Shown piece by piece: positions 9,334 through 18,478 of a DNA stretch of 64,000 nucleotides (positions within the stretch are counted from its first letter, which is position 1; each line of letters opens with the position of its first letter). The translations under genes and the position numbers were made by a program. Source of the stretch: Candidatus Krumholzibacteriota bacterium (lineage in GTDB: Bacteria > Krumholzibacteriota > Krumholzibacteriia > JAJRXK01); contig CAWDWO010000023.1 in the NCBI GenBank assembly GCA_963806035.1, positions 1-64,000 on the forward strand, given 5' to 3'. Under the pieces are notes generated by a model, which was not told where the DNA came from, ran no database searches, and saw only the letters and a list, made by a program, of their open reading frames with translations.

Positions 9334-10600
9334 GGTCTGCTCCTCGTTCGTCTTGGGACGGGAGATCTTGGTTCGGAGATTTTTCCCAGGCCACGGCTTC
9401 CCAGGAAGCGGAGTTGTCGGTGTGGCGCAACAAGGTGCGCGCGCGGCCGATGGCCTCACCGCCGTAGCGGGTGTGCAAACGATCGAGAGTCTTCGCGAGC
9501 TTGGGATCGAGATGGGCACTTCCTTCAGCGAACAACTCTCCCTGCGACACGCTCTCGCTGCTGATCTCGTGCATTCCCAGTCCGATGAGCCGCACCGGGT
9601 GCTGGCCCCAGTTCAACTGACGCAGGAGAGCTTGCGCCGTTCTGTAGAGCTCGTTCTCGCTGGAACTGGGAGCAGCGAGGGTGGCGCGGCGCGTGAGGGT
9701 ACGAAAGGTGTTGTCGCGGATCTTGAGCTGCACGACGCGACCTACGGATCCGGCGCGGCGCAGGCGATAGGCGATCTTCTCGCTGAACTTCAAGAGCACC
9801 GGCAGTAGCTCGGCCTCTCCGTGAAGATCGTGGGCGAAGGTCAATTCGTGGCTCACGCTCTTGGCGCGGCGCGCGGGATCGATGTGTCCCAACTCGCGCG
9901 CCTGGGCCATTTCCAAGAGGCTGCTTCCCATCTTGCCAAACTGCGACCGCAGATGCGCGTGCGAACTCGCGGCCAGATCACCGACGGTGTCATAGCCCTG
10001 CTCGTGGAGCCGCGCACTGAGCTTGGCTCCCACTCCCCACAGGGACTCGACCGGCAGGGGAGCCAGGAAGGGGCGTCCGGCGCCGCGGGGGACCACCACC
10101 ACTCCGCGCGGCTTGCGCAGCGCACTGCCGATCTTGGCGATCCGACGCGTTTCGCCGATGCCGATGGACATCCACAGGCCTGTCTCCTGGTGAACGCGCC
10201 GTCGCAAGCGCAAGGCGAATTCGGTCCAGGGCGCGTGCAGTCGCTCGCAGCCGGCCAGATCGAGGAAGGCCTCGTCGAGCGAGACCATTTCAATGCGAGG
10301 ACTCAGCTCGCGCACGATGGCGAAGACCTGCTGGCTGAGCTCCTGGTAGCGCCCCATACGGCCCGCGCGCAGCACGAGCTGCGGACACAAGGAGAGCGCG
10401 CGGGCCGTGGGCATTGCGCTGCGCACGCCGAATTGGCGTGCTTCGTAGGAGGCGGCCGCGATGACTCCACGGCCCTGCGCTGGCCCCCCCACGGCCACGG
10501 GAAGCCCCTGCAGCCGCGGGAAGTCCAAAACCTCCACCGAGGCATAGAACGCGTCCAAGTCGACGTGTGCAAACCAGGGGCTTTGAGCCGGGAAATTCAC
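9320..10600 (-). CDS. dinB: DNA polymerase IV (Y-family)
   Basis: HVDLDAFYASVE, ASYEARQFGVRSAMP, SLDEAFLD, KPRG, LWGVG, VRLIG; QGELF clamp-like motif; GTG start after AGGAG. Confidence 0.92.
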   Translation of the reverse strand: MNFPAQSPWFAHVDLDAFYASVEVLDFPRLQGLPVAVGGPAQGRGVIAAASYEARQFGVRSAMPTARALSLCPQLVLRAGRMGRYQELSQQVFAIVRELSPRIEMVSLDEAFLDLAGCERLHAPWTEFALRLRRRVHQETGLWMSIGIGETRRIAKIGSALRKPRGVVVVPRGAGRPFLAPLPVESLWGVGAKLSARLHEQGYDTVGDLAASSHAHLRSQFGKMGSSLLEMAQARELGHIDPARRAKSVSHELTFAHDLHGEAELLPVLLKFSEKIAYRLRRAGSVGRVVQLKIRDNTFRTLTRRATLAAPSSSENELYRTAQALLRQLNWGQHPVRLIGLGMHEISSESVSQGELFAEGSAHLDPKLAKTLDRLHTRYGGEAIGRARTLLRHTDNSASWEAVAWEKSPNQDLPSQDERGADHDGK

Positions 10601-10662
10601 GGAAGCTCCTCTTCCACAACGAGTTGGGGCGTTTGCCAATCCACAAACGGAGCCGCGAGGCA

Positions 10663-10716
10663 CCACAAACTCCTGTTTGTGGATCACAGCTTAGGAAACA
10701 ATCGTTTGGCTGTAAA
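10663..10716 (-). promoter_or_regulatory. Sigma70 promoter of the dinB operon with two AAAC-N4-GTTT palindromes (candidate LexA boxes)
   Basis: Minus strand TTTACA (10711-10716), 17 bp, TAAGCT (10688-10693); AAAC-AATC-GTTT at 10696-10707 in the spacer; CCACAAAC-TCCT-GTTTGTGG at 10663-10682. Confidence 0.7.
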
Positions 10717-10890
10717 GGGGAGAAATGAAAATTGTCGCTTTCGGGCTGCTCCCCCGCCGCGAGCAGCCCGGTGGCGAAGCCCGCGGGGGTGATGCATCTT
10801 ATCCCCACTCAGATTGTCCCCTCGGACTGTCCCGAGCCGAGAGACCGCTTCTCGTGAGCGCCTCGACGCCCGGCCCGCCTCTGGAGAGTG

Positions 10891-11598
10891 ATGATGAACG
10901 ACCGTGATCATGAGGACCGCCTCGACTTCTATACCGCCACCCACAAAGGTCATCGGCGGCGGCTCTTCAACTTTTCCGAGCGGGTGGGAATCACCGAATT
11001 CTGCGACCCGGACGCGGTCGATGATCTCGGGGAGGAGTTTCGACGCATCAGCCGCATGCTGCGCATGCACGCGCGCCACGAGAGCGAGTTCATTCACCCC
11101 TTCCTGCAGTCGAAGTTTCCCGGCGAAGCGGAATTTCTCGAGGGAGAGCACTCCGACCTGCGCACGAATCTGGCCGAGCTGGAAGCGTTCTACGACGACA
11201 TCAATTCCAACCCGGGGAAGATTCAGCACTGCCGGGTCTTCGGGCACGAGTTCTACCGCGCTTTGCAGCGCTTCATCTCGCGTTATCTCGATCACATGGA
11301 CGAAGAGGAACGCACGATGACCAAACTCTGGCAGGCGTGCACGAAAGAAGAACTGCAGGAGGTTCTCCTGCAGATGCGTTCCAGCATGACCGAGGAGCAG
11401 GAGCTGGAGGAGCTACGCGACATCGTTCCCGCTCTGGCGCCGCACGAACGCGTCAGTCTCTTCCAGACACTGAGCAAGGGCCTCAACTCCGAACGGTATT
11501 CGGACGTCTGGACCCTCGCCGAGGAAATCCTCCCCGCGCAGGAATACACGGATCTGCGCGAGAGCGTGGAGTCCCCGAAGATTTCCCGCACAGACTGA
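10891..11598 (+). CDS. Hemerythrin (HHE) domain protein
   Basis: H..., HARHESEF, EHSDL and HMDEEE metal-ligand pattern. Confidence 0.8.
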   Translation: MMNDRDHEDRLDFYTATHKGHRRRLFNFSERVGITEFCDPDAVDDLGEEFRRISRMLRMHARHESEFIHPFLQSKFPGEAEFLEGEHSDLRTNLAELEAFYDDINSNPGKIQHCRVFGHEFYRALQRFISRYLDHMDEEERTMTKLWQACTKEELQEVLLQMRSSMTEEQELEELRDIVPALAPHERVSLFQTLSKGLNSERYSDVWTLAEEILPAQEYTDLRESVESPKISRTD

Positions 11599-11614
11599 AC
11601 TGCCGCCGACTCGC

Positions 11615-12850
11615 ATGAGCCGCCGCCTCCCCTCGCTCGACGTCTTTCGCGGTGCGACGGTAGCTGCCATGTTGCTGGTGAACAATCCGGGACACTGGGG
11701 CGAAGCGACGCAGTTCGCGCAGCTGCGGCACGCGGACTGGAACGGTCTCACCTTCACCGATCTCATCTTTCCCTTCTTTCTCTTCGCGGTCGGGATCTCG
11801 CTCGTGCTTTCCTTCGAGCGTCGTTTGCGCGAAGGAGAGGATCGGCGAAGCCTCCTACGGCACGTCCTCAGCCGCAGCGCGATCCTCGTTGGTCTGGGAC
11901 TGGTGCAGAACCGCTTCGGGATTCTCCTCGCGGGCGGCCTTTTGAGTCCTCACGCGCTGCTGGACGCGCGCATCCCCAGCGTGCTCTTTCGCATCGGGCT
12001 GGTGTTCTTCTTGGCCAGCCTGGTCCAGCTCTACTTGCCACGCTGGCGCAGCCTGCTCGCGCTCTCGTTCGTCCTACTTTTGGGCTACGGTATTCTCCTC
12101 ACGCGCGTCAGCATCCCGGGTTTCGGCATGCCGGATCTCGCGCTGCCGCTACGCGCGAGCGACGGCAGCTACCATGCGGTCTTCTCGAATCTCTGCGCCT
12201 ACGTCGACACCAAGGTGTTCGGCATCCGCTGCCTGCTTCACGTGAGCGATCCCAAGACCGGAGCGCTGCTGTGGGCCTTCGACCCCGAGGGACTCGTGAG
12301 CACCCTGGGCGCTCTGGTCACCGGCCTTGCGGGAGTGCTGGCCGGACGCGCGCTCCTTGCCTCCACACGAGGGGACGCGGAAAGGCCGGCGCGGACCCGA
12401 CCACGCGCCCTCTCGCGCTGGATCCTCTTCGCGTTCTTCCTCATCGCACTGGGCATCCTCAGCCGGCACTGGATCGACTGGAACAAGCGCCTGTGGACGC
12501 CGAGCTACGTGTTGGCCACCGCCGGCGCGGCGCTTCTGTTCTTCACGCTACTGCGGGCGTGGCTGGATGGGCGTGGGCCTAAGAAACTCGTGCAGCCTTT
12601 GGTGTGGTACGGCCGCAACGCCATCACCGCCTTCTTCTTTTCCAGCCTGCTCGCGACCACCAGCGTGTACCTGCACGTACCCTTCGGGCCCCACTCCGGA
12701 CAGCTCATCAAGCGCTTCCTCTACGAGCAGCTCTTCGCGAGCTGGGCCGGACCGCTCTGGGGATCGCTTCTCTATGCACTGGGCGTGGTCGTATTGTGGG
12801 CGATGATTTGCGGCGAGCTGCACCGCCGCCGCCTGTACTGGAAGATCTAG
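11615..12850 (+). CDS. Heparan-alpha-glucosaminide N-acetyltransferase-like membrane acyltransferase (NagX/DUF5009)
   Basis: RLPSLDVFRG, LVNNPG, HADWNG, DLIFPFFLF, FDPEG, NKRLWTPSYV. Confidence 0.88.
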   Translation: MSRRLPSLDVFRGATVAAMLLVNNPGHWGEATQFAQLRHADWNGLTFTDLIFPFFLFAVGISLVLSFERRLREGEDRRSLLRHVLSRSAILVGLGLVQNRFGILLAGGLLSPHALLDARIPSVLFRIGLVFFLASLVQLYLPRWRSLLALSFVLLLGYGILLTRVSIPGFGMPDLALPLRASDGSYHAVFSNLCAYVDTKVFGIRCLLHVSDPKTGALLWAFDPEGLVSTLGALVTGLAGVLAGRALLASTRGDAERPARTRPRALSRWILFAFFLIALGILSRHWIDWNKRLWTPSYVLATAGAALLFFTLLRAWLDGRGPKKLVQPLVWYGRNAITAFFFSSLLATTSVYLHVPFGPHSGQLIKRFLYEQLFASWAGPLWGSLLYALGVVVLWAMICGELHRRRLYWKI

Positions 12851-12908
12851 AAGCGCGACGAGGACTCTGGTACCGTGAACGCTTCGAACCGAGCGAAGGA
12901 GAGCCCGC

Positions 12909-13394
12909 GTGAACGATCGAATCCCCCTTCCCTGGAGCCGCTCCTGTTACGTGTGTGGAGAAGCCAATCCCGACGGTTTCCGCGCGCGCAGTTTCAAGGT
13001 CGGCGAGCGCGTCGAGCTGCCCTTCGTGGCCGAGGAGCGATTCGCCGGCTGGAATCAAGTCATCCACGGCGGCATCATCGCGACCCTGCTGGACGAGGTG
13101 ATGACCTGGGCCGCCATTTTGGGCTCGGAAAAGCCTTGCTTCGCGGCGGAGTTCACCGTCCGCCTGCTGAAACCGCTGCCGCCAGAGACCCACTGCATCG
13201 CGGTGGCCCGGATGGTGAGCGGCCGGCGGCGCGTCTTCGACACGGAATCGTGGATCGAGGACGAGGCGGGCACGGTCTACGCCCGCGGGAGTGGCCGCTA
13301 CATGCCGGTGCCGCCCGAACAGACCAAGCACCTGCGGCAAGATTTCGTCCGCGACGAGCACTGCCTGCAGCTCGACGGCATCTTCGGCGGCTAG
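12909..13394 (+). CDS. PaaI-family hotdog thioesterase
   Basis: CYVCGEANPDG, HGGIIATLLDE. Confidence 0.85.
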   Translation: MNDRIPLPWSRSCYVCGEANPDGFRARSFKVGERVELPFVAEERFAGWNQVIHGGIIATLLDEVMTWAAILGSEKPCFAAEFTVRLLKPLPPETHCIAVARMVSGRRRVFDTESWIEDEAGTVYARGSGRYMPVPPEQTKHLRQDFVRDEHCLQLDGIFGG

Positions 13395-13503
13395 CGGCGG
13401 GCCGCGGGCAGGGAGAGCTTTCACCCGGCCAGGGAGCTGCTATATTGAAGCGCCTGGCCGCCAAAACCGGACCCGGCCCCCTCTGTACAGGAGTCACCCA
13501 CAG

Positions 13504-15567
13504 TTGGCCTCCGAGCGCGACATCAACCAGCCCAATCTGAAGCCGCCCAGCGACGTCAATCCGCGCGCTGAGGCGGTCCTCGACTTCCCCGATCGCGAGT
13601 TCGGCGAACTGAGCGAGGCCGACTACCGGGAACTCGGATTCCTCTCCGGCCTCGAGGTGCACCAGCAGCTCGACACGAAGAAGAAGCTCTTTTGCCGCTG
13701 CCCTTCCGGCGTGTTCGTGGACCACTTCGACGCCGAAGTGTTGCGGCACATGCGCCCCACCCTGAGTGAGCTGGGAGAGTACGACGGCTGCGCGCTCATG
13801 GAATTCAAGACGCGCAAGGAGATCGTTTACCAGCTGGAGCGCGGCACCGTCTGTACCTACGAGATCGACGACACCCCTCCCTTTCCGATCAACCTCGAGG
13901 CGATCGAGATCGCGCTGGAAGTGAGCCGGCTCTTCGACCTGAAGCTCGTCTCCGAACTGCACGTGATGCGCAAACAGTACCTCGATGGCTCGATTCCCAC
14001 CGGTTTCCAGCGCACCGCGATGGTGGGACTGGGCGGAACGATTCCCTTCGTGGAGCCCCAGCTCGGGATCGATCGTCCGCTACGCATTCGACAACTCTCG
14101 CTCGAAGAGGATTCTTGTCGCGAGATCAGCGACATCGGACACCGCATCACCTTCCGCACCGATCGCCTCGGCGTGCCTCTGACGGAAGTGGTGACCGAGC
14201 CCGAGCTCTACTCCCCCCTCGAGTTGCAGGCGGGCGCCCGTCTGCTCGCGCGCACCACCCGCGCCAGTGGGCGCGTGCGCCGCGGAGCGGGCGCCGCGCG
14301 CCAGGACGTGAACGTCTCGGTGGCCGGCGGCAGACGCGTGGAGATCAAAGGAGTGCACCATCACCGCGGCCTCCCCCAACTCGTGCACATCGAAGCCTAC
14401 CGGCAGCTCAATCTGCTTCGAGTGCGCGCCGAACTCCTGCGGCGCGGGGTCACGCGCGAGATGTTCGAGCTGCCCGAGGGCAGCAAGGAGGTCTACGAAT
14501 CGCCGAAGGTGCTGGATGCGACGGGGATTCTCTCCTCGAGCGACTTCACTCCCCTGCGGGACTGCCTCGAGCGGGGCGAGGAAGCGGTCGCGGTCCGTCT
14601 CCAGGGCTTTGGCGGCCTGCTCGGACGCCGCACCCAACCCGGGCTCACCCTGGCCAACGAATTCGCCGACCGGGTGCGCGTGATCGCCTGTCTCACTTCG
14701 CGCCCCTTCCTCATCCACAGCGACATCGAGGGCTACGGTTTCGAGCACGCGCACTGGAAACAACTGCGCACCTCGCTGCGCGCCGAGTCGGGCGATGCGA
14801 TCCTCGTGCTGTGGGGGAAGAGGCGCGACCTGCAGACCGCGGTGCGCGAGGTCTTCCTGCGCGCCCAGGACTGTCTGGTCGGCGTGCCGGCCGAGACGCG
14901 CCAGGCCTTCGTCAGCGGCACGAACGGCTTCGAGCGCATCCTGCCCGGAGCCGACCGCATGTACCCCGACACCGACACCCCACCGGTTCCCTTGAGCGAC
15001 GGCTTGATCGAGCGCGTCAGCGCTCTCAGCACCGAGCGTCCCTGGGAACGAGAAACGCGCTTTGCCAAGCTGGGCTTGCCCTTCGCATTGTGCCGTCGCC
15101 TCAGCGACGCGCCCTGGTGCGAACTCTTCGATGCGCTGAAGCCGCCCAAGGGTCCGGTGGCAGTCTGCGTGGCCTATGCGCTGGAGAAACGCCTGCCCTA
15201 CTTTCGGCGCAGCGAGGGAGTGAGTGAGCTTCCCTCGGCGCAAAGGCTTCAACCGTGGGTCGAAGCTCTCGCCTCAGCTCGCATGCGGCAGGAAGCGGCC
15301 GAGGCCGCGCTGGATCGCTTGCTGCGCGAGCCCGAGAGAGAGGCCGAGGAAATTTTGCGTAGTTTTGAGGCCGACGGCGGAGCCGAGGAGCGCTTGAATG
15401 AGCTCCTGCAGCAGCTCGAGGCGAAAGCCTCCACGCTGCGCGAGGATGATCCCGCGGCGCGCCTGCGCTGGGCCATGGGCGAGATCATGCCGCAGTGTTT
15501 GGGGAAGCTGGATCCGAACAAGGTACGCGAACGCCTCCGCGTCTCTCTTGAATCCGGGAGGCTCACG
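13504..15567 (+). CDS. gatE: Glu-tRNA(Gln) amidotransferase subunit E (archaeal type); reads in frame into gatD in this assembly
   Basis: GLEVHQQL, KLFC, DGSIPTGFQRT, LEEDS, DRLGVPLTEV, RQDVNVSV, VEIKGV, AspRS-like insertion, PGADRMYPDTD; probable TTG start after AGGAG. Confidence 0.88.
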
Positions 15568-16956
15568 ATGAACGAGGAGCGCTTCAAGGGCTACCGCGAT
15601 CCCTGCAAGGGCCTCATGAAGAAGTTCGGAGTGGGTGTGTGGTGTGAGGTGCGCGCGACCACGAAGACCGGAAGTTTCGAGGGACTTCTCCTCCCCCGCA
15701 GCGAGACCGCCGATGCCGAGCACATCGTGTTGAAGCTCAACACCGGCTACAACATCGGTCTGCGCCATGACACCATCGAGAAGCTGGAGCAGATCGGCTA
15801 CCGCGAGGCGCACTACCAAATTCCCGAAAAGGAATTTCCCGTCAGCGAGAACAAGCCGCGGGTGAAGCTCTTCGGCACCGGGGGGACCATCGCCTCGCGC
15901 CTGGACTACCGCACCGGCGCGGTCATTCCCGCCTTTTCGCCCGGCGAACTCTACGGATCGGTCCCCGAGCTGGCGGACATCTGCAACCTGGAAACCGAGA
16001 AGCTCTTCGGCGTGTTCAGCGAAAACATGGGACCCGAGCAGTATCTGGTGTTGGCGGAGCGTACCGGTGAGGCGATCCGTGATGGCTATGCGGGGGTGGT
16101 GATCGGCCACGGTACCGATACCATGCACCACACCGCGGCGGCCCTCTCGTTCATGGTGCAGTCGCCGCCCGTGCCCATCGTGATGGTGGGCAGCCAACGC
16201 TCGAGCGACCGTCCCTCCTCGGATGCGGCGCAGAACCTCATCAATGCCACCTGGGCCGCGGCGACCGGAGACATCGCCGAAGTCATGGTGTGCATGTTCG
16301 GTCCCACCAGTGACCGCTACAACTTGCTGCACCGCGGCACGCGGGTGCGCAAGATGCACAGCAGCTACCGCAGTACCTTTCGCACCATCGGCGACATTCC
16401 TTTAGCCATGGTGGAAGACGGACGCATCACCGCACTCAAGGACGACTACCAACACCGTCGCGACGACGGTGAGGTCGAGGTGCACGCCACCTTCCAGGAG
16501 AAGGTGAGTCTGGTCTATTACTACCCCAACATGCAGCCCGACGTGATCACCTCGCTCATCGATTGCGGCTACAAGGGCATCGTGATCGCCGGTACCGGGC
16601 TGGGCCACGTGAACCGCGGGGTCTATCCCGCGCTGCGCAAGGCGCGCGAGGCGGGCGTGTGCGTGTTCATGACCTTGCAGACCCTGTGGGGCTTCGTGCA
16701 GATGCACGTCTACGAGACGGGTCGCGAGATTCTGGAGTTGGGCGTGGTGCCGCTGGCGAACATGCTGCCCGAGGTGGCTTACATCAAGCTCGGCTGGGCG
16801 CTGGGTATGCATCCCAACGACCCGGAGAAGGTCAAGGAACTCATGAAGACACCCTTGGCCGGCGAGATGACCGAGCGCGAGCCGCACGACGGCTACCTCG
16901 TGTTCCAGGGCGGGGTGCCGGAGATCCAGAACTTCTTCGGCAAGGTGTGGAAGTGA
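15568..16956 (+). CDS. gatD: Glu-tRNA(Gln) amidotransferase subunit D (asparaginase-like)
   Basis: N-terminal barrel (KLNTGYNIG), TGGTIASRLDYRTG, HGTDTM, GSQRSSDRPSSD, RKMHS, GTGLGHV, MLPEVAYIKLGW; own GGGAGG RBS. Confidence 0.92.
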   Translation: MNEERFKGYRDPCKGLMKKFGVGVWCEVRATTKTGSFEGLLLPRSETADAEHIVLKLNTGYNIGLRHDTIEKLEQIGYREAHYQIPEKEFPVSENKPRVKLFGTGGTIASRLDYRTGAVIPAFSPGELYGSVPELADICNLETEKLFGVFSENMGPEQYLVLAERTGEAIRDGYAGVVIGHGTDTMHHTAAALSFMVQSPPVPIVMVGSQRSSDRPSSDAAQNLINATWAAATGDIAEVMVCMFGPTSDRYNLLHRGTRVRKMHSSYRSTFRTIGDIPLAMVEDGRITALKDDYQHRRDDGEVEVHATFQEKVSLVYYYPNMQPDVITSLIDCGYKGIVIAGTGLGHVNRGVYPALRKAREAGVCVFMTLQTLWGFVQMHVYETGREILELGVVPLANMLPEVAYIKLGWALGMHPNDPEKVKELMKTPLAGEMTEREPHDGYLVFQGGVPEIQNFFGKVWK

Positions 16957-16998
16957 GCGCTTGATATGGGTCTAGGCCGCTCGCGACCCAAGGAGTGC

Positions 16999-17802
16999 AT
17001 GGCCACGTTCGTGGCATTGCTCCTGATCACCACCGCCCTCGCCTCCTGCACCTCGGGTCGGAATACCCACTACAGCCTGGAGCGCGCAGGGCAGAACGAA
17101 TCCGCCCTTCCGGATACTCTGGCCACACTGGGGATCACATCCGGCATGCGCAACGACAGGAGCATGGAAGACCAACTCGTCTTCAGCGTGACCGACCGTC
17201 TGCAATACGAATTCTTGAACAGAGTTTCCAAAATCGACGCGAACAACTACCAATCCGAGCTCACGAAGTGCGAGCTGGCTCTTTACGGATTTGCTGCGCC
17301 CAACGCGCTGGACATCGCCCGAAGGCCGGTGGGGACCGTAGGCTACGGATTGCTCGCCCTGAGTCCCACTTACCAGGGACGTTTCGAGATTCTCATCAAG
17401 CTGACGACGGAGGCCCTCGAGCGGGCCCGGCAGTACATGGAGCAGGACGGAACGCTCTCCCCCGGCGAACGCAAGAACCTCAGCGCCGCCGAAGCGGCCA
17501 TCACCGAGGCAAGTTACCTGCTCGATGTGGCCCGAGCTCAGGATGCCACCGAAAGCAAAGCACAGTACGAGGCCGCGCTGCGCAAGGCCGTTGCGAGTGG
17601 TTTCGGCGACAAGCCGGAAAACTCCACCTCGATATGGACCAGAAAGAACCGTCTCCTCGATTTCGAGAAGCGCCGCGACTGGTACATCCAAAGAACCCAG
17701 GATGTGCTTGAAGCGCTGGGCAAGCAACGCTTCACGAGTACGGTACAGCTCCTCGAGGAAGCCATCCGGCTCTACGACCAGCTGGAGCCTGCGCAGCGGT
17801 GA
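16999..17802 (+). CDS. Hypothetical helical lipoprotein
   Basis: Hydrophobic signal ending in LASC lipobox; coding-like ORF. Confidence 0.6.
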   Translation: MATFVALLLITTALASCTSGRNTHYSLERAGQNESALPDTLATLGITSGMRNDRSMEDQLVFSVTDRLQYEFLNRVSKIDANNYQSELTKCELALYGFAAPNALDIARRPVGTVGYGLLALSPTYQGRFEILIKLTTEALERARQYMEQDGTLSPGERKNLSAAEAAITEASYLLDVARAQDATESKAQYEAALRKAVASGFGDKPENSTSIWTRKNRLLDFEKRRDWYIQRTQDVLEALGKQRFTSTVQLLEEAIRLYDQLEPAQR

Positions 17803-17848
17803 GCGAGTTCGGAGGACTTCTTCTGGCCTAGGGTAGGATCAATTCACT

Positions 17849-18478
17849 CTAGGATCCTGCACGCGCACGCGTCGCCAATGCTGAACCCACGAAATAGAGA
17901 ACGGGATTGCCCGTGGCGGCACTCAGGATGAGAGATGCGAAGTAGGGCAAGTCATTCCGCTTTAGCTCGACCGCATCCCTGACCGAAGCCTCGAGCGACA
18001 CACGATCCTGTAGCAGTTCGAGTGCATCACTGGGATCGCACGGTGGTCCCTCCTGCCGTTCGATCTGCTCGAGGCAGGCCGCGAGCGCAGAGTAACGCTG
18101 CAAAAGAACCGTCCCTTGCCAGCGGAGAGTGTCCATGCGGGCTTCGATCTCGGCCGGCGACATTTGCGCGAGGCGCGCAAATCCCTGCGGACCCGCGCGC
18201 AAGGCTCGCTGCATCTCCTCACGCGTGGGTCGTCGTGCGGAGAGGCGACGCAGCAGAAACTGCGCGCGCCAGAGAAACTCCTCCAGCTCGGGATCCGCGG
18301 AGAGCGCCCTACGGCGATCCGCGGGAAGTGTCTCCCCCGGATCCATGCCCATCAGTGAATCCGTCGCGCTTCGGACACTCTCAAGGGGAGCGGCAAGCAG
18401 CTCTTTCGAGGGCTCCCTGCCACAAGCGGTCAAACACGAGAGCACGAGAAGGCAGGCGAGAGCAAGGACACGAGACAT
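17849..18478 (-). CDS. Hypothetical lipoprotein
   Basis: MSRVLALACLLVLSCLTAC lipobox; hydrophobic C-terminal segment. Confidence 0.6.
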   Translation of the reverse strand: MSRVLALACLLVLSCLTACGREPSKELLAAPLESVRSATDSLMGMDPGETLPADRRRALSADPELEEFLWRAQFLLRRLSARRPTREEMQRALRAGPQGFARLAQMSPAEIEARMDTLRWQGTVLLQRYSALAACLEQIERQEGPPCDPSDALELLQDRVSLEASVRDAVELKRNDLPYFASLILSAATGNPVLYFVGSALATRARAGS

